Shown here: positions 1 through 7,122 of the stretch, piece after piece
How the letters are laid out: each line of letters begins with the position of its first letter
Numbering within the stretch: position 1 is the first letter of the stretch
Source: a virus
Virus record (IMG/VR): IMGVR_UViG_3300025669_002431
DNA: 64,000 bases
Strand: one strand, 5' to 3'
The notes under the pieces: model-generated
The model's input: only the letters and a program-made list of their open reading frames with translations
Told to the model about the DNA's origin: nothing
Databases searched by the model: none
Program-made: the position numbers and the translations under genes

Positions 1-74
1 ACTTGACTTCGAAAACGCCTAATCGGCTCTTCCGTGTGGGGTAAAATTTTGGCCCCCATTAAGCTTTTTCGATA

Positions 75-356
75 TTAGGGCAGCATCTCGATTATCACTG
101 TTCCACTGACTTCCATCAGTCTCTTGGTCTTTACGTCTGTGAAGTAGTATCCGTCACTGTTGGCCTCACTCTGAGGTCGTCCTGTTGACGTGTATTCCTT
201 GACCATCACTCCACCGGAGAAGACTTCGATTTTGTGTTGGTTACCCAATGCTCTGTATTTACCCATTTGACCATCGGTACAACCACTGATGCTAATCATT
301 GAAAATGTGGTAACTATTGCAATCGCGATCATCAGGACTAATGTCTTTTTCATGGG
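75..356 (-). CDS. putative lipoprotein
   Basis: Internal start MKKTLVLMIAIAIVTTFSMISISGC gives a signal peptide and lipobox (ISGC). Co-oriented with neighbours. No other recognisable motif. Confidence 0.45.
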   Translation of the reverse strand, partial: PMKKTLVLMIAIAIVTTFSMISISGCTDGQMGKYRALGNQHKIEVFSGGVMVKEYTSTGRPQSEANSDGYYFTDVKTKRLMEVSGTVIIEMLP

Positions 357-390
357 ACCTCTTTTCTTTTCGGTTTCGGCTTCGTTTCGA

Positions 391-600
391 CTATACAAAT
401 AAAGTAGCAATAGATACAATAATCGCGGCTATAATCGAATACGCTGCTACTGGGGGAAATAGTCCACAGACGAAACCATGTAAGTGAGTGAACGCAGGCG
501 GCTTGTCTGCCTGTTCTAATAAGAAGTTAACACTGTAGGGCATGAAAATCGCACTAATTACACCGGTAATACAACATCCGCATATAACCAAGAAAATCAT
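391..600 (-). CDS. small membrane protein
   Basis: Hydrophobic 70-aa product from internal Met (MIFLVICGCCITGVISAIF...). The upstream part of ORF 391..759 runs through tRNA-Tyr and is not credible. Confidence 0.3.
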   Translation of the reverse strand: MIFLVICGCCITGVISAIFMPYSVNFLLEQADKPPAFTHLHGFVCGLFPPVAAYSIIAAIIVSIATLFV

Positions 601-674
601 TCCCCCGCAGCCTCCACCAGCCACAAGACATCCATCATCTAGAGTGTTCTTCACAACAACTCCTTTCAAAAAAG

Positions 675-763
675 TGGTGTGGGTGGTAGAATTCGAATCT
701 ACTAGGTCCGTTAGGACACAGGGTTTACAGCCCTGTCCAGCCCTCCATCTCTGGCGCACCCAC
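675..763 (-). tRNA. tRNA-Tyr (anticodon GTA), bacterial type with long variable arm, CCA encoded
   Basis: Hand-folded: acceptor GTGGGTG/CACCCAC, T-arm GTAGA-TTCGAAT-TCTAC, anticodon loop CTGTAAA, 16-nt variable stem-loop, 3' ACCA. Confidence 0.75.
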
Positions 764-1493
764 TCAAAGACAACTCATAACTCTTGGCCCATTTTCTGAC
801 AGCATTGTCAGATACCCCATACTTCTCACCTATCTTTACAATACTAATCATATTAATTTCTTTTAATAATTGTTTTTTTGAAGGTCTTACAACCTTTCTT
901 AGGCTTATTCCTTTTTTCTTATTAGAACAGGATATACATCTTATACTCTTTTGAGATATGACCTTTCCACAGTCCTTACATACTACTTGAGATTTCTCTA
1001 AAATTATTTTTGTATTGATTTTTAATTTTAATTTTAATTGTTTCTCTCTTATAATCGTATGGGTTAAAGTGTGACAATTTGAACAGAGGATTTGCAAATT
1101 CTCCAATCTATTGTCGATCCTATCCATATTTATATGATGTAATTCTAATCCTATACTATGCCCCCTCCATTTAGAGAGATTACATTCTTCACAAACTTTT
1201 GTTCGAATCCCTCTAGAATATAACATTTCTTTTATTTTTGTTGTTTTTTTAATCGGAGAATTTTCGCAAAAGACTTCTTCATTTTTATATTTATAATGCG
1301 GTTGTCTTTTAGATCTATGATTCTTCTCAGAAAAATGGGAAAAATTAATATCAAGTTTTTTCATTTTTTTAATTAGTCCTGACCTATTTCCAGGGGAGGT
1401 AACAGATAATCCCATCTTTTCAATTAATTCGGTTAAATTGATACTCTCTTTAACTAACTTATCCAACTTTTTTTTATTCATACAATTCTCCAT
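711..1493 (-). CDS. HNH homing endonuclease
   Basis: HNH motif LELHHINMDRIDNRLENLQILCSNCHTLTH with flanking Cys pairs. The likely true start is MNKKK at 1481 (RBS GGAG). The 3' end overlaps tRNA-Tyr, as with T4 segB in a tRNA cluster. Confidence 0.8.
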   Translation of the reverse strand: MENCMNKKKLDKLVKESINLTELIEKMGLSVTSPGNRSGLIKKMKKLDINFSHFSEKNHRSKRQPHYKYKNEEVFCENSPIKKTTKIKEMLYSRGIRTKVCEECNLSKWRGHSIGLELHHINMDRIDNRLENLQILCSNCHTLTHTIIREKQLKLKLKINTKIILEKSQVVCKDCGKVISQKSIRCISCSNKKKGISLRKVVRPSKKQLLKEINMISIVKIGEKYGVSDNAVRKWAKSYELSLSGCARDGGLDRAVNPVS

Positions 1494-1496
1494 AAT

Positions 1497-1504
1497 TTAT
1501 TTAT
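1497..1504 (-). promoter_or_regulatory. T4-type late-promoter-like box TATAAATA
   Basis: The minus strand reads TATAAATAAATTATGGAGAATTGTATG immediately upstream of the HNH start. Confidence 0.25.
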
Positions 1505-1567
1505 AATATCTCTACCTATTACTATATATATTCATATATGAGTACATAAATATAGGAGGATTTATTA

Positions 1568-1669
1568 TGAATACAGAAACTAAAATCATAATAGTTAAAT
1601 CATTACTTGCTCTGGTTGTCGTCGCGGCACCCATCATAGCGCAAGAAATTATTAACAGTTTCAGCTAAC
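1568..1669 (+). CDS. small hydrophobic peptide (33 aa), plus strand
   Basis: AGGAGG sits 7 nt upstream of the ATG. Product MNTETKIIIVKSLLALVVVAAPIIAQEIINSFS is followed by a hairpin and T-run terminator. Its 3' end lies inside the duplicated element. Confidence 0.3.
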
Positions 1670-1714
1670 TGATACAAAAGGAGATGTGATCGTAACACAT
1701 CTCTTTTTTTGTTC
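1639..1714 (+). repeat. 76-nt conserved element, copy 1 (second copy at 29454..29530)
   Basis: About 85% identical to copy 2. The hairpin stem differs by compensatory changes (gagatgtg/cacatctc versus gaaatgtg/cacatttc). Confidence 0.7.
1681..1711 (+). terminator. rho-independent terminator (hairpin + T7), plus strand
   Basis: gagatgtg-atcgtaa-cacatctc followed by ttttttt. Confidence 0.55.
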
Positions 1715-1789
1715 TTTTACTAAAAGTTTAAAGTTTGTCCTCAAATAAATTAACGATAGATTAACCTAGAGAATGATTAACAGTTCGAG

Positions 1790-3775
1790 TTACTTAACCA
1801 TCTCAAGAAACACCGCCTCCGACAACATGGGGATTTTAAGCTGCTTCGCTTTAGCCACCTTCCCCGGGCTGGGTTTTTCCCCTACTACCAAATAGTCAAC
1901 TCTTTTTGATATTGTTGATACAATTTTTCCACCATTATTTCTAACAGCGTCTACAAACTCAACTCTTGTAAATTCTTTAAATTTTCCCGTACCTAATAAT
2001 TTCTTTCCTTTTAGTGGACCGCCTAATACTCCACCATCTACGTTTTTAACTGTAGCCATATTTAATCCAGCTCCTTTCAATCTCGTTACAAGTTCAATAT
2101 TTTTTGGTTGATCGAAAAAGTCTATAATTCCATCTGCGACTAATTCTCCAATTCCATCTACTACCATCAACTCATTTTTACTCATTTTTATAAGATCATC
2201 AATAGTTAGGAACTTATTAGCAAGAATCTTCGATAACGTTCTACCAACGTTATGTATCTGCATCCCACATAACACTCTATTGAATGATTGTTCTTTTGAC
2301 TTCTCTATTGCAGCTAATATATTATCAGCAGATTTTTCACCAATTCTCTCAAGCTTCAGTAATTGTGCTTTTGTAAGGGTATATAGATCTGCAACTGTTT
2401 TTACCAATCCAGTATCAATCAATTGAGCAATAAGCATATCTCCAATATTATCTATATCCATCACATCTCTTTTGACAAAATATTCTATCGTGCCTTTGAG
2501 CTGTGCAGGACAAGAAGGATTGGAACATATGTAATAAGCATTAACTTTCTTTACATTACCTCTACATACTGGACACTTCTTTGGAATCTTTGAAACTTTT
2601 GGAACTCTTCCTGTTTGCCCTGGAACTGGTCCTACTACTTGTGGAATTATTTCCCCAGCCTTCTCGACTAAGACCATATCTCCTTCTCTAATGTCTTTCT
2701 CTGCTAATATCTCAAAGTTATGAAGAGTTGCTTTCTTAACCATTGTACCAGCTAAAAGAATTGGTTGGAGATGAGCTACTGGTGTGATTATCCCAGATTT
2801 GCCAACTTGTAAACCAATACTCAGCAACTTCGTACCTCTTCTCTCGGCAGGAAATTTGTATGCAATGAGCCACTTCGGATGATGTGATGTTTCTTCAAAT
2901 GTATCTCTACTGATAGCACTATCTACTTTAACTACCACTCCATCTATTGGATAAGAGAGTTCATATCTAGCAGTATCCCAACGTGCAATATAGGCCATCA
3001 TTGCTTCTTTAGAATCAACGGTAACCGAATGTTGATTTGTTCGAAATCCTAATGTTCGCATATTATTCAGATCAACAGATTGGTATGGGGAATTACCTCC
3101 AATCATTCTGAACATAAAGTTTCTAAGGTTTACTTTACCTGCTTCAGTAGAATTCTTTCTTTTGAGTATTCCTGCTGCAGCATTTCTTGGATTCATGAGA
3201 AGCTTCTCGCCTGCGTCTTCTTTGATTTTATTTATTCTATCAAACTCTACAAATTCCATGTATATTTCGCCACGTACCTCTACATCTACATCGCATGTTA
3301 ATGTCAAGGGTATATCATGAATGGTTCGAACTGTATGAGTTACATCATCTCCTGATTCACCATCTCCTCTTGTGACTGCTCTCACAAGCTTCCCATTTTT
3401 ATAAGTTACTGAAATTGCTACACCATCTATTTTCAATTCAGCGGATAGGTCTTCTCCTTCACCTATCTTACACCCTTTGTCGTTTACTCTGTCTACAAAT
3501 CCTTCCACTTCTTCTTGGTTGTATGTGTTTCCAATGGATAGCATTGGGACGTCATGATTGACAGAAGTAAATTTATCAATTACCTCTCCACCAACTCTTT
3601 TGGTTGGGGAGCAGGAGGTGTCCAATTCTGGATGTTCTTTCTCAAATTTAATCAGAGCATGTAGTCTTTTATCATATTCTTGATCTGTAATCTTTGGCTC
3701 TGCTTGTACATAATATCGTTCATTGTGTAAAATGATTTCTGCCGTCATGGCAGAGTGTCTTTCTTGAACATCCAT
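1790..3775 (-). CDS. ligA: NAD-dependent DNA ligase (LigA family)
   Basis: Adenylation motif ELKIDG, four-Cys zinc finger CPVCRGNV...C, HhH region and C-terminal BRCT-like tail. About 660 aa, typical LigA size. Confidence 0.93.
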   Translation of the reverse strand: MDVQERHSAMTAEIILHNERYYVQAEPKITDQEYDKRLHALIKFEKEHPELDTSCSPTKRVGGEVIDKFTSVNHDVPMLSIGNTYNQEEVEGFVDRVNDKGCKIGEGEDLSAELKIDGVAISVTYKNGKLVRAVTRGDGESGDDVTHTVRTIHDIPLTLTCDVDVEVRGEIYMEFVEFDRINKIKEDAGEKLLMNPRNAAAGILKRKNSTEAGKVNLRNFMFRMIGGNSPYQSVDLNNMRTLGFRTNQHSVTVDSKEAMMAYIARWDTARYELSYPIDGVVVKVDSAISRDTFEETSHHPKWLIAYKFPAERRGTKLLSIGLQVGKSGIITPVAHLQPILLAGTMVKKATLHNFEILAEKDIREGDMVLVEKAGEIIPQVVGPVPGQTGRVPKVSKIPKKCPVCRGNVKKVNAYYICSNPSCPAQLKGTIEYFVKRDVMDIDNIGDMLIAQLIDTGLVKTVADLYTLTKAQLLKLERIGEKSADNILAAIEKSKEQSFNRVLCGMQIHNVGRTLSKILANKFLTIDDLIKMSKNELMVVDGIGELVADGIIDFFDQPKNIELVTRLKGAGLNMATVKNVDGGVLGGPLKGKKLLGTGKFKEFTRVEFVDAVRNNGGKIVSTISKRVDYLVVGEKPSPGKVAKAKQLKIPMLSEAVFLEMVK

Positions 3776-3803
3776 CTTGGGTGTTTCCTTTTCTTTTTAA
3801 AAA

Positions 3804-3864
3804 TGGCCGGGACGGCGAGGATCGAACTCGCGACAGATGCTCTACCAACTGAGCTACGTCCCGG
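3804..3864 (-). ncRNA. 61-nt tRNA-like element lacking an anticodon arm
   Basis: Acceptor CGGGACG/CGTCCCG, canonical D-arm GCTC-AGTTGGTA-GAGC, T-arm GCGAG-TTCGATC-CTCGC and 3' GCCA. Only 7 nt lie between the D and T arms. Confidence 0.5.
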
Positions 3865-3867
3865 TGA

Positions 3868-3943
3868 TGGTGGGGAGAGGCCGAGTCGAACGGCCATCTC
3901 TGGTTTTTCAGACCAGCGCTAAGACCCCATCAGCTACCTCCCC
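3868..3943 (-). tRNA. tRNA-Phe (anticodon GAA)
   Basis: Acceptor GGGGAGG, anticodon arm CTGGT-CTGAAAA-ACCAG, T-arm GGCCG-TTCGACT-CGGCC, 3' ACCA. Confidence 0.75.
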
Positions 3944-3963
3944 TTCTGAAAAATTGCGGAGTG

Positions 3964-3985
3964 AGGATTTCACTAATGTTCCGAT
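3964..3985. repeat. direct repeat flanking pseudo-tRNA (copy 1)
   Basis: aggatttcacTAaTGTTCCGAT. Copy 2 at 4099..4119 is aggatttcacATtGTTCCGAT. Confidence 0.55.
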
Positions 3986-3994
3986 ATGATTGAC

Positions 3995-4085
3995 AAGATA
4001 AACTATATGGGATTTGAACCCACATTTCCGGATTGCGGTCCGGTGCCCTACCAATTAGACGAATAGCCGCTATACATATTGTCTC
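3995..4085 (-). pseudogene. degenerate tRNA-like sequence (pseudo-tRNA)
   Basis: Has a T-arm GTGGG-TTCAAAT-CCCAT and a D-loop AATTGGTA motif. Acceptor and anticodon stems do not pair canonically and no CCA is present. Confidence 0.35.
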
Positions 4086-4098
4086 TTCTCTCACAGGA

Positions 4099-4119
4099 AG
4101 GATTTCACATTGTTCCGAT
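4099..4119. repeat. direct repeat flanking pseudo-tRNA (copy 2)
   Basis: 20 of 22 nt identical to 3964..3985. Confidence 0.55.
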
Positions 4120-4183
4120 TCTTCATAGCATTTCGAACTACTATTAGTGTCCCGTCTTCATTCCTTACCGCATAAAAACTATA

Positions 4184-4489
4184 CTATAATTCATCCACAA
4201 CGCATGCTATTGAATGTTCTTTATATATAAATAATCTTCTCTTCTCTGCATTCATTACTGGTACACAATGATCTTGTTCACCAATTACTATAATATCTCC
4301 AACCTTTACTTGCATTGGAATTCTATCACCATCAGCCATCCTTTTACCAGGACCTACTGCAAGTACTGTTGCAAACTGACGCGGTAATATATTCTCATTC
4401 ATCATAGGCATAATAATATTTCCAACCTTCTCTTCAGGTGGTAATATTTCCAATAAAACATTATCTAAAATCGGGTTATAACTTTCCAT
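4184..4489 (-). CDS. groES: GroES/Hsp10-type co-chaperonin (T4 gp31 analogue)
   Basis: Aligns along its length to bacterial GroES (VLAVGPGKR..., VKVGDIIV...). 101 aa. Confidence 0.88.
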   Translation of the reverse strand: MESYNPILDNVLLEILPPEEKVGNIIMPMMNENILPRQFATVLAVGPGKRMADGDRIPMQVKVGDIIVIGEQDHCVPVMNAEKRRLFIYKEHSIACVVDEL

Positions 4490-4509
4490 AAATCTCTCTT
4501 TCCTTTTGT

Positions 4510-4935
4510 TTAATAATCATCACTCATTTCTATAAATGTTGTGTACCACCAAGCTAATACTTTCTTGGCTTTGTCTTCATCACGAGGATCAAACTGAAGC
4601 TCGTATTCACAATCTAAAAATCGGGGATTATATGTTGGGCTCATTTCTTCATATTCCATATCAACTAATATATTTATATCATGATATGCACAATTTACTC
4701 TTCCCTCTATTATTTTTAAGATAGAAGTATAATTAAATCCTTCTCTGGCAAAATTCTGCATTGATGTGGCTGTACCATCATATAATACAGGAGACCTATC
4801 TCTAGCCTCCAGTAATTTTCCTCTTAAGTGGAGTATCTTCAAATAAAAATTCAAACGTTGTTTTTTAATTATACTTAGCATGTGTACTTTAGACATTAAC
4901 TCCCACTCAATGTCTCTCTTAGATAAATTCACCAT
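4510..4935 (-). CDS. hypothetical protein
   Basis: 141-aa minus-strand ORF. Its start overlaps the upstream stop (ATGA), suggesting translational coupling. Confidence 0.4.
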   Translation of the reverse strand: MVNLSKRDIEWELMSKVHMLSIIKKQRLNFYLKILHLRGKLLEARDRSPVLYDGTATSMQNFAREGFNYTSILKIIEGRVNCAYHDINILVDMEYEEMSPTYNPRFLDCEYELQFDPRDEDKAKKVLAWWYTTFIEMSDDY

Positions 4936-5474
4936 TAATCTGTCAACATTCTCTGAAGTAGGGTAGTAGCTTCACATCTACCTACAGGAGTAGCCAATTC
5001 TTCACCAGTAAAGAACTTGTCGCCTTGATTCACTCTCGTGATAGTATCACTTGACTTTCTAAGAACTTCTATCCATTTTCCATAATCCTCACCATACATA
5101 TCTTCTTTTAAGGATTCTAACCACTGTAAAAACTCTTCATAAGTTTCTGGAAGAACTCCTACAAATTCACCATCATCTGCATAACCATAACAACCAATGC
5201 CAGCCATCAATTTAATTGTTACATCGTCCTCTGCCCATGGTGGAGACATCACAAGACAGAATACAGAATTTTGAGGACCACTCTTTGCAAATATTTCATT
5301 ACCACCCATTGTTATATGTCCAGTACCCATAGTAAGGGATGCTTCTCCAGATTTAATATGGACATAATTTTTATAAATCTCTACATCTGTTTTACCATCA
5401 TCTAATGATATACTACCATTGGTAGACTTATGATTTTCGTCTATTGATAAAAGATCCCAATTAGATAAAGCCAT
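4935..5474 (-). CDS. hypothetical protein
   Basis: 179-aa minus-strand ORF with an RBS. No recognisable motif. Confidence 0.4.
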   Translation of the reverse strand: MALSNWDLLSIDENHKSTNGSISLDDGKTDVEIYKNYVHIKSGEASLTMGTGHITMGGNEIFAKSGPQNSVFCLVMSPPWAEDDVTIKLMAGIGCYGYADDGEFVGVLPETYEEFLQWLESLKEDMYGEDYGKWIEVLRKSSDTITRVNQGDKFFTGEELATPVGRCEATTLLQRMLTD

Positions 5475-5486
5475 TTTAATACCTTT

Positions 5487-5984
5487 CTACATAGCAAAGC
5501 AATCGGAACACTCGTCTTCAGTATCTTTGATTACTTTTTTGATATGTTGGTTTGCCAATTCAATTTGGCTATCTATATGCCTGATAATCTCAAGGTGATC
5601 GAACGCAATATCATTTAATGGAATTTCGTTTCCATCGACGAGATCTACTGGATCAACCCAGCGTAGTTCTGATGCATCATCTCCTGCTTCCCAATTGTAA
5701 TCTTTAGGGTCAATCATTACGCAGTGAACTATTGTTATAGCATGCCCTCTTGGATCACGTAATGGTGTACCGACAGTAGTGTATTGATCTTTATAAGTAA
5801 ATTTAATAGCTGCACCAGTTTCTTCTAGTACTTCTCTCGAAATTGCTTCATGTAGGTCTTCACCTTCATCTACAAACCCACCAGGAAGAGCCCACTTACC
5901 ATGTTCAGTTTCACCCTTTCTCTTGACCATCAACACCCTAAGTCTATCAACTGAATCAAATATTACTGCATCTACTGTAACCAT
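5487..5984 (-). CDS. NUDIX hydrolase
   Basis: Nudix box GGFVDEGEDLHEAISREVLEETGA. The start is probably MVTVDAV (5984) rather than the ORF-track Met at 6065. Confidence 0.85.
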   Translation of the reverse strand: MVTVDAVIFDSVDRLRVLMVKRKGETEHGKWALPGGFVDEGEDLHEAISREVLEETGAAIKFTYKDQYTTVGTPLRDPRGHAITIVHCVMIDPKDYNWEAGDDASELRWVDPVDLVDGNEIPLNDIAFDHLEIIRHIDSQIELANQHIKKVIKDTEDECSDCFAM

Positions 5985-6330
5985 AGGTCTCGGATAATCG
6001 TAGTGGAATCCGCCCAATAATTGGCCGACGCACTGGGATTCGCTCACCCCCCATCCTGATCTCATCTCGCGTAGGTCTTGGGGATCTACCTATTGTTGGT
6101 TGCCAATCATCATCTAGTCCTGTCTCCTCAGGCTCATCAACATCATCACTAATATCTTCAGATACCTCTTCAATAGTAAGCAGTTCATATTCTTTAAATC
6201 TATGAGTATGTCCGCTACCCATTCTAACAACATTATGACTTTCTCTTTTCTCAATAGATTCAATGCTATTACAGTTTATATATTTTGTAGGTTCTTCTTC
6301 CTCTACTTTAAACCACCAACCATTTCCCAT
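5956..6330 (-). CDS. hypothetical acidic protein
   Basis: 124-aa ORF with an Asp/Glu-rich middle. The 3' end overlaps the alternative NUDIX start. Confidence 0.35.
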   Translation of the reverse strand: MGNGWWFKVEEEEPTKYINCNSIESIEKRESHNVVRMGSGHTHRFKEYELLTIEEVSEDISDDVDEPEETGLDDDWQPTIGRSPRPTRDEIRMGGERIPVRRPIIGRIPLRLSETYGYSRCSNI

Positions 6331-6667
6331 CTCTGTATTCCTCTACAATAATGTTGCTTGGACTCATTGATGCATCAACCTTTTTCTCAATTTCTGCCAT
6401 AGTAACTGCCTGACGAGATACAGTAATGTGCACCCAGTCTTTAAACTTTTTACTTTCACCTAATCTTTTGAATGCTATTTTCTTATTAGCATGTTGTGAC
6501 CGTTGATTCTGGGCCACTGCAACTGCTCCACTTGGAGGATGAGTTATTCTTACAGCGCTATCTGTTTTATTTCTATGCTGTCCTCCAGGACCACTACCAC
6601 GAAATGTATCAATTACAAAATCTTTTTTTGTGAGAGTAAGGACTTTCTTTCTGACCTTAGTATGCAC
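6308..6667 (-). CDS. arfB: ArfB/ICT1-like peptidyl-tRNA hydrolase (class-I release factor GGQ domain)
   Basis: [20 protein letters not shown] closely matches the GGQ motif region of E. coli ArfB (YaeJ). Small size (119 aa). Confidence 0.78.
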   Translation of the reverse strand: MHTKVRKKVLTLTKKDFVIDTFRGSGPGGQHRNKTDSAVRITHPPSGAVAVAQNQRSQHANKKIAFKRLGESKKFKDWVHITVSRQAVTMAEIEKKVDASMSPSNIIVEEYRDGKWLVV

Positions 6668-6669
6668 AT

Positions 6670-7053
6670 CTATCCCTTTATTGTTTTATGAAACGTCTTT
6701 TCATCCCATACAAATGGTACTAAAAACGAACCAGGAATCATCTCTTGCATATATCTTGAACCTGCTGGATTCAATGAATGTATAATTACTTTAGCATCAA
6801 CTGGATTCTTATTTATATATCTAGCAACCTCAGCACCTGTATTTGTTTCAGCACTATTTACAAATACTTGATCACCTAGGTCATGATCACCTAGGTCATG
6901 ATCTAGTAATATTAAATCATATTCTTTTTCTTTTAATAGACGAATTGCTTCTCTAGCAGTATCTACATATTCACCGACCCAACCATGCTCTAGTATTCTT
7001 TGTTTAAATTGTCTAATTCTATTACTGTTGTCTTCTAAAACCAATACTTTCAT
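6670..7053 (-). CDS. stand-alone response-regulator receiver (CheY-like REC) domain
   Basis: MKVLVLEDN...[12 protein letters not shown] matches the CheY fold and acidic pocket. Contains a [10 protein letters not shown] tandem duplication. Confidence 0.8.
   Translation of the reverse strand: MKVLVLEDNSNRIRQFKQRILEHGWVGEYVDTAREAIRLLKEKEYDLILLDHDLGDHDLGDQVFVNSAETNTGAEVARYINKNPVDAKVIIHSLNPAGSRYMQEMIPGSFLVPFVWDEKTFHKTIKG
6870..6899. repeat. 15-bp perfect in-frame tandem duplication (gatcacctaggtcat x2) inside the REC gene
   Basis: Visible directly in the sequence. It duplicates DHDLG immediately after the predicted phospho-acceptor Asp. Confidence 0.9.
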
Positions 7054-7073
7054 TATTCTTCCTTAAATAGTAA

Positions 7074-7102
7074 GGAGAGGAAGACATAACACCTCCCTCT
7101 CC
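7074..7102 (-). terminator. GC-rich hairpin downstream of the MVP-like gene
   Basis: Stem GGAGAGG / CCTCTCC lies between the MVP stop (7123) and the REC RBS. The U-tract is weak. Confidence 0.3.
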
Positions 7103-7122
7103 ACCACACTCTCGAACTCTAC

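Noticed and set aside
542-799. Plus-strand 85-aa ORF and the N-terminal half of minus ORF 391..759
   Set aside because: Both are translations through the tRNA-Tyr gene (675..763). The tRNA fold is far better supported.
3080-3301. Plus-strand 73-aa ORF inside the DNA ligase gene, and similar short plus-strand ORFs (for example 4536..4724, 14348..14608, 17016..17201, 39247..39600)
   Set aside because: They are antisense to well-supported minus-strand genes, AT-rich codon noise (Ile/Phe/Leu/Tyr-rich), and have no RBS.
5956-6065. Apparent 110-nt overlap between ORF 5956..6330 and the NUDIX ORF
   Set aside because: The NUDIX family normally starts near the MVTVDAV motif. Using that Met (5984) reduces the overlap to about 28 nt, so no frameshift or pseudogene needs to be invoked.
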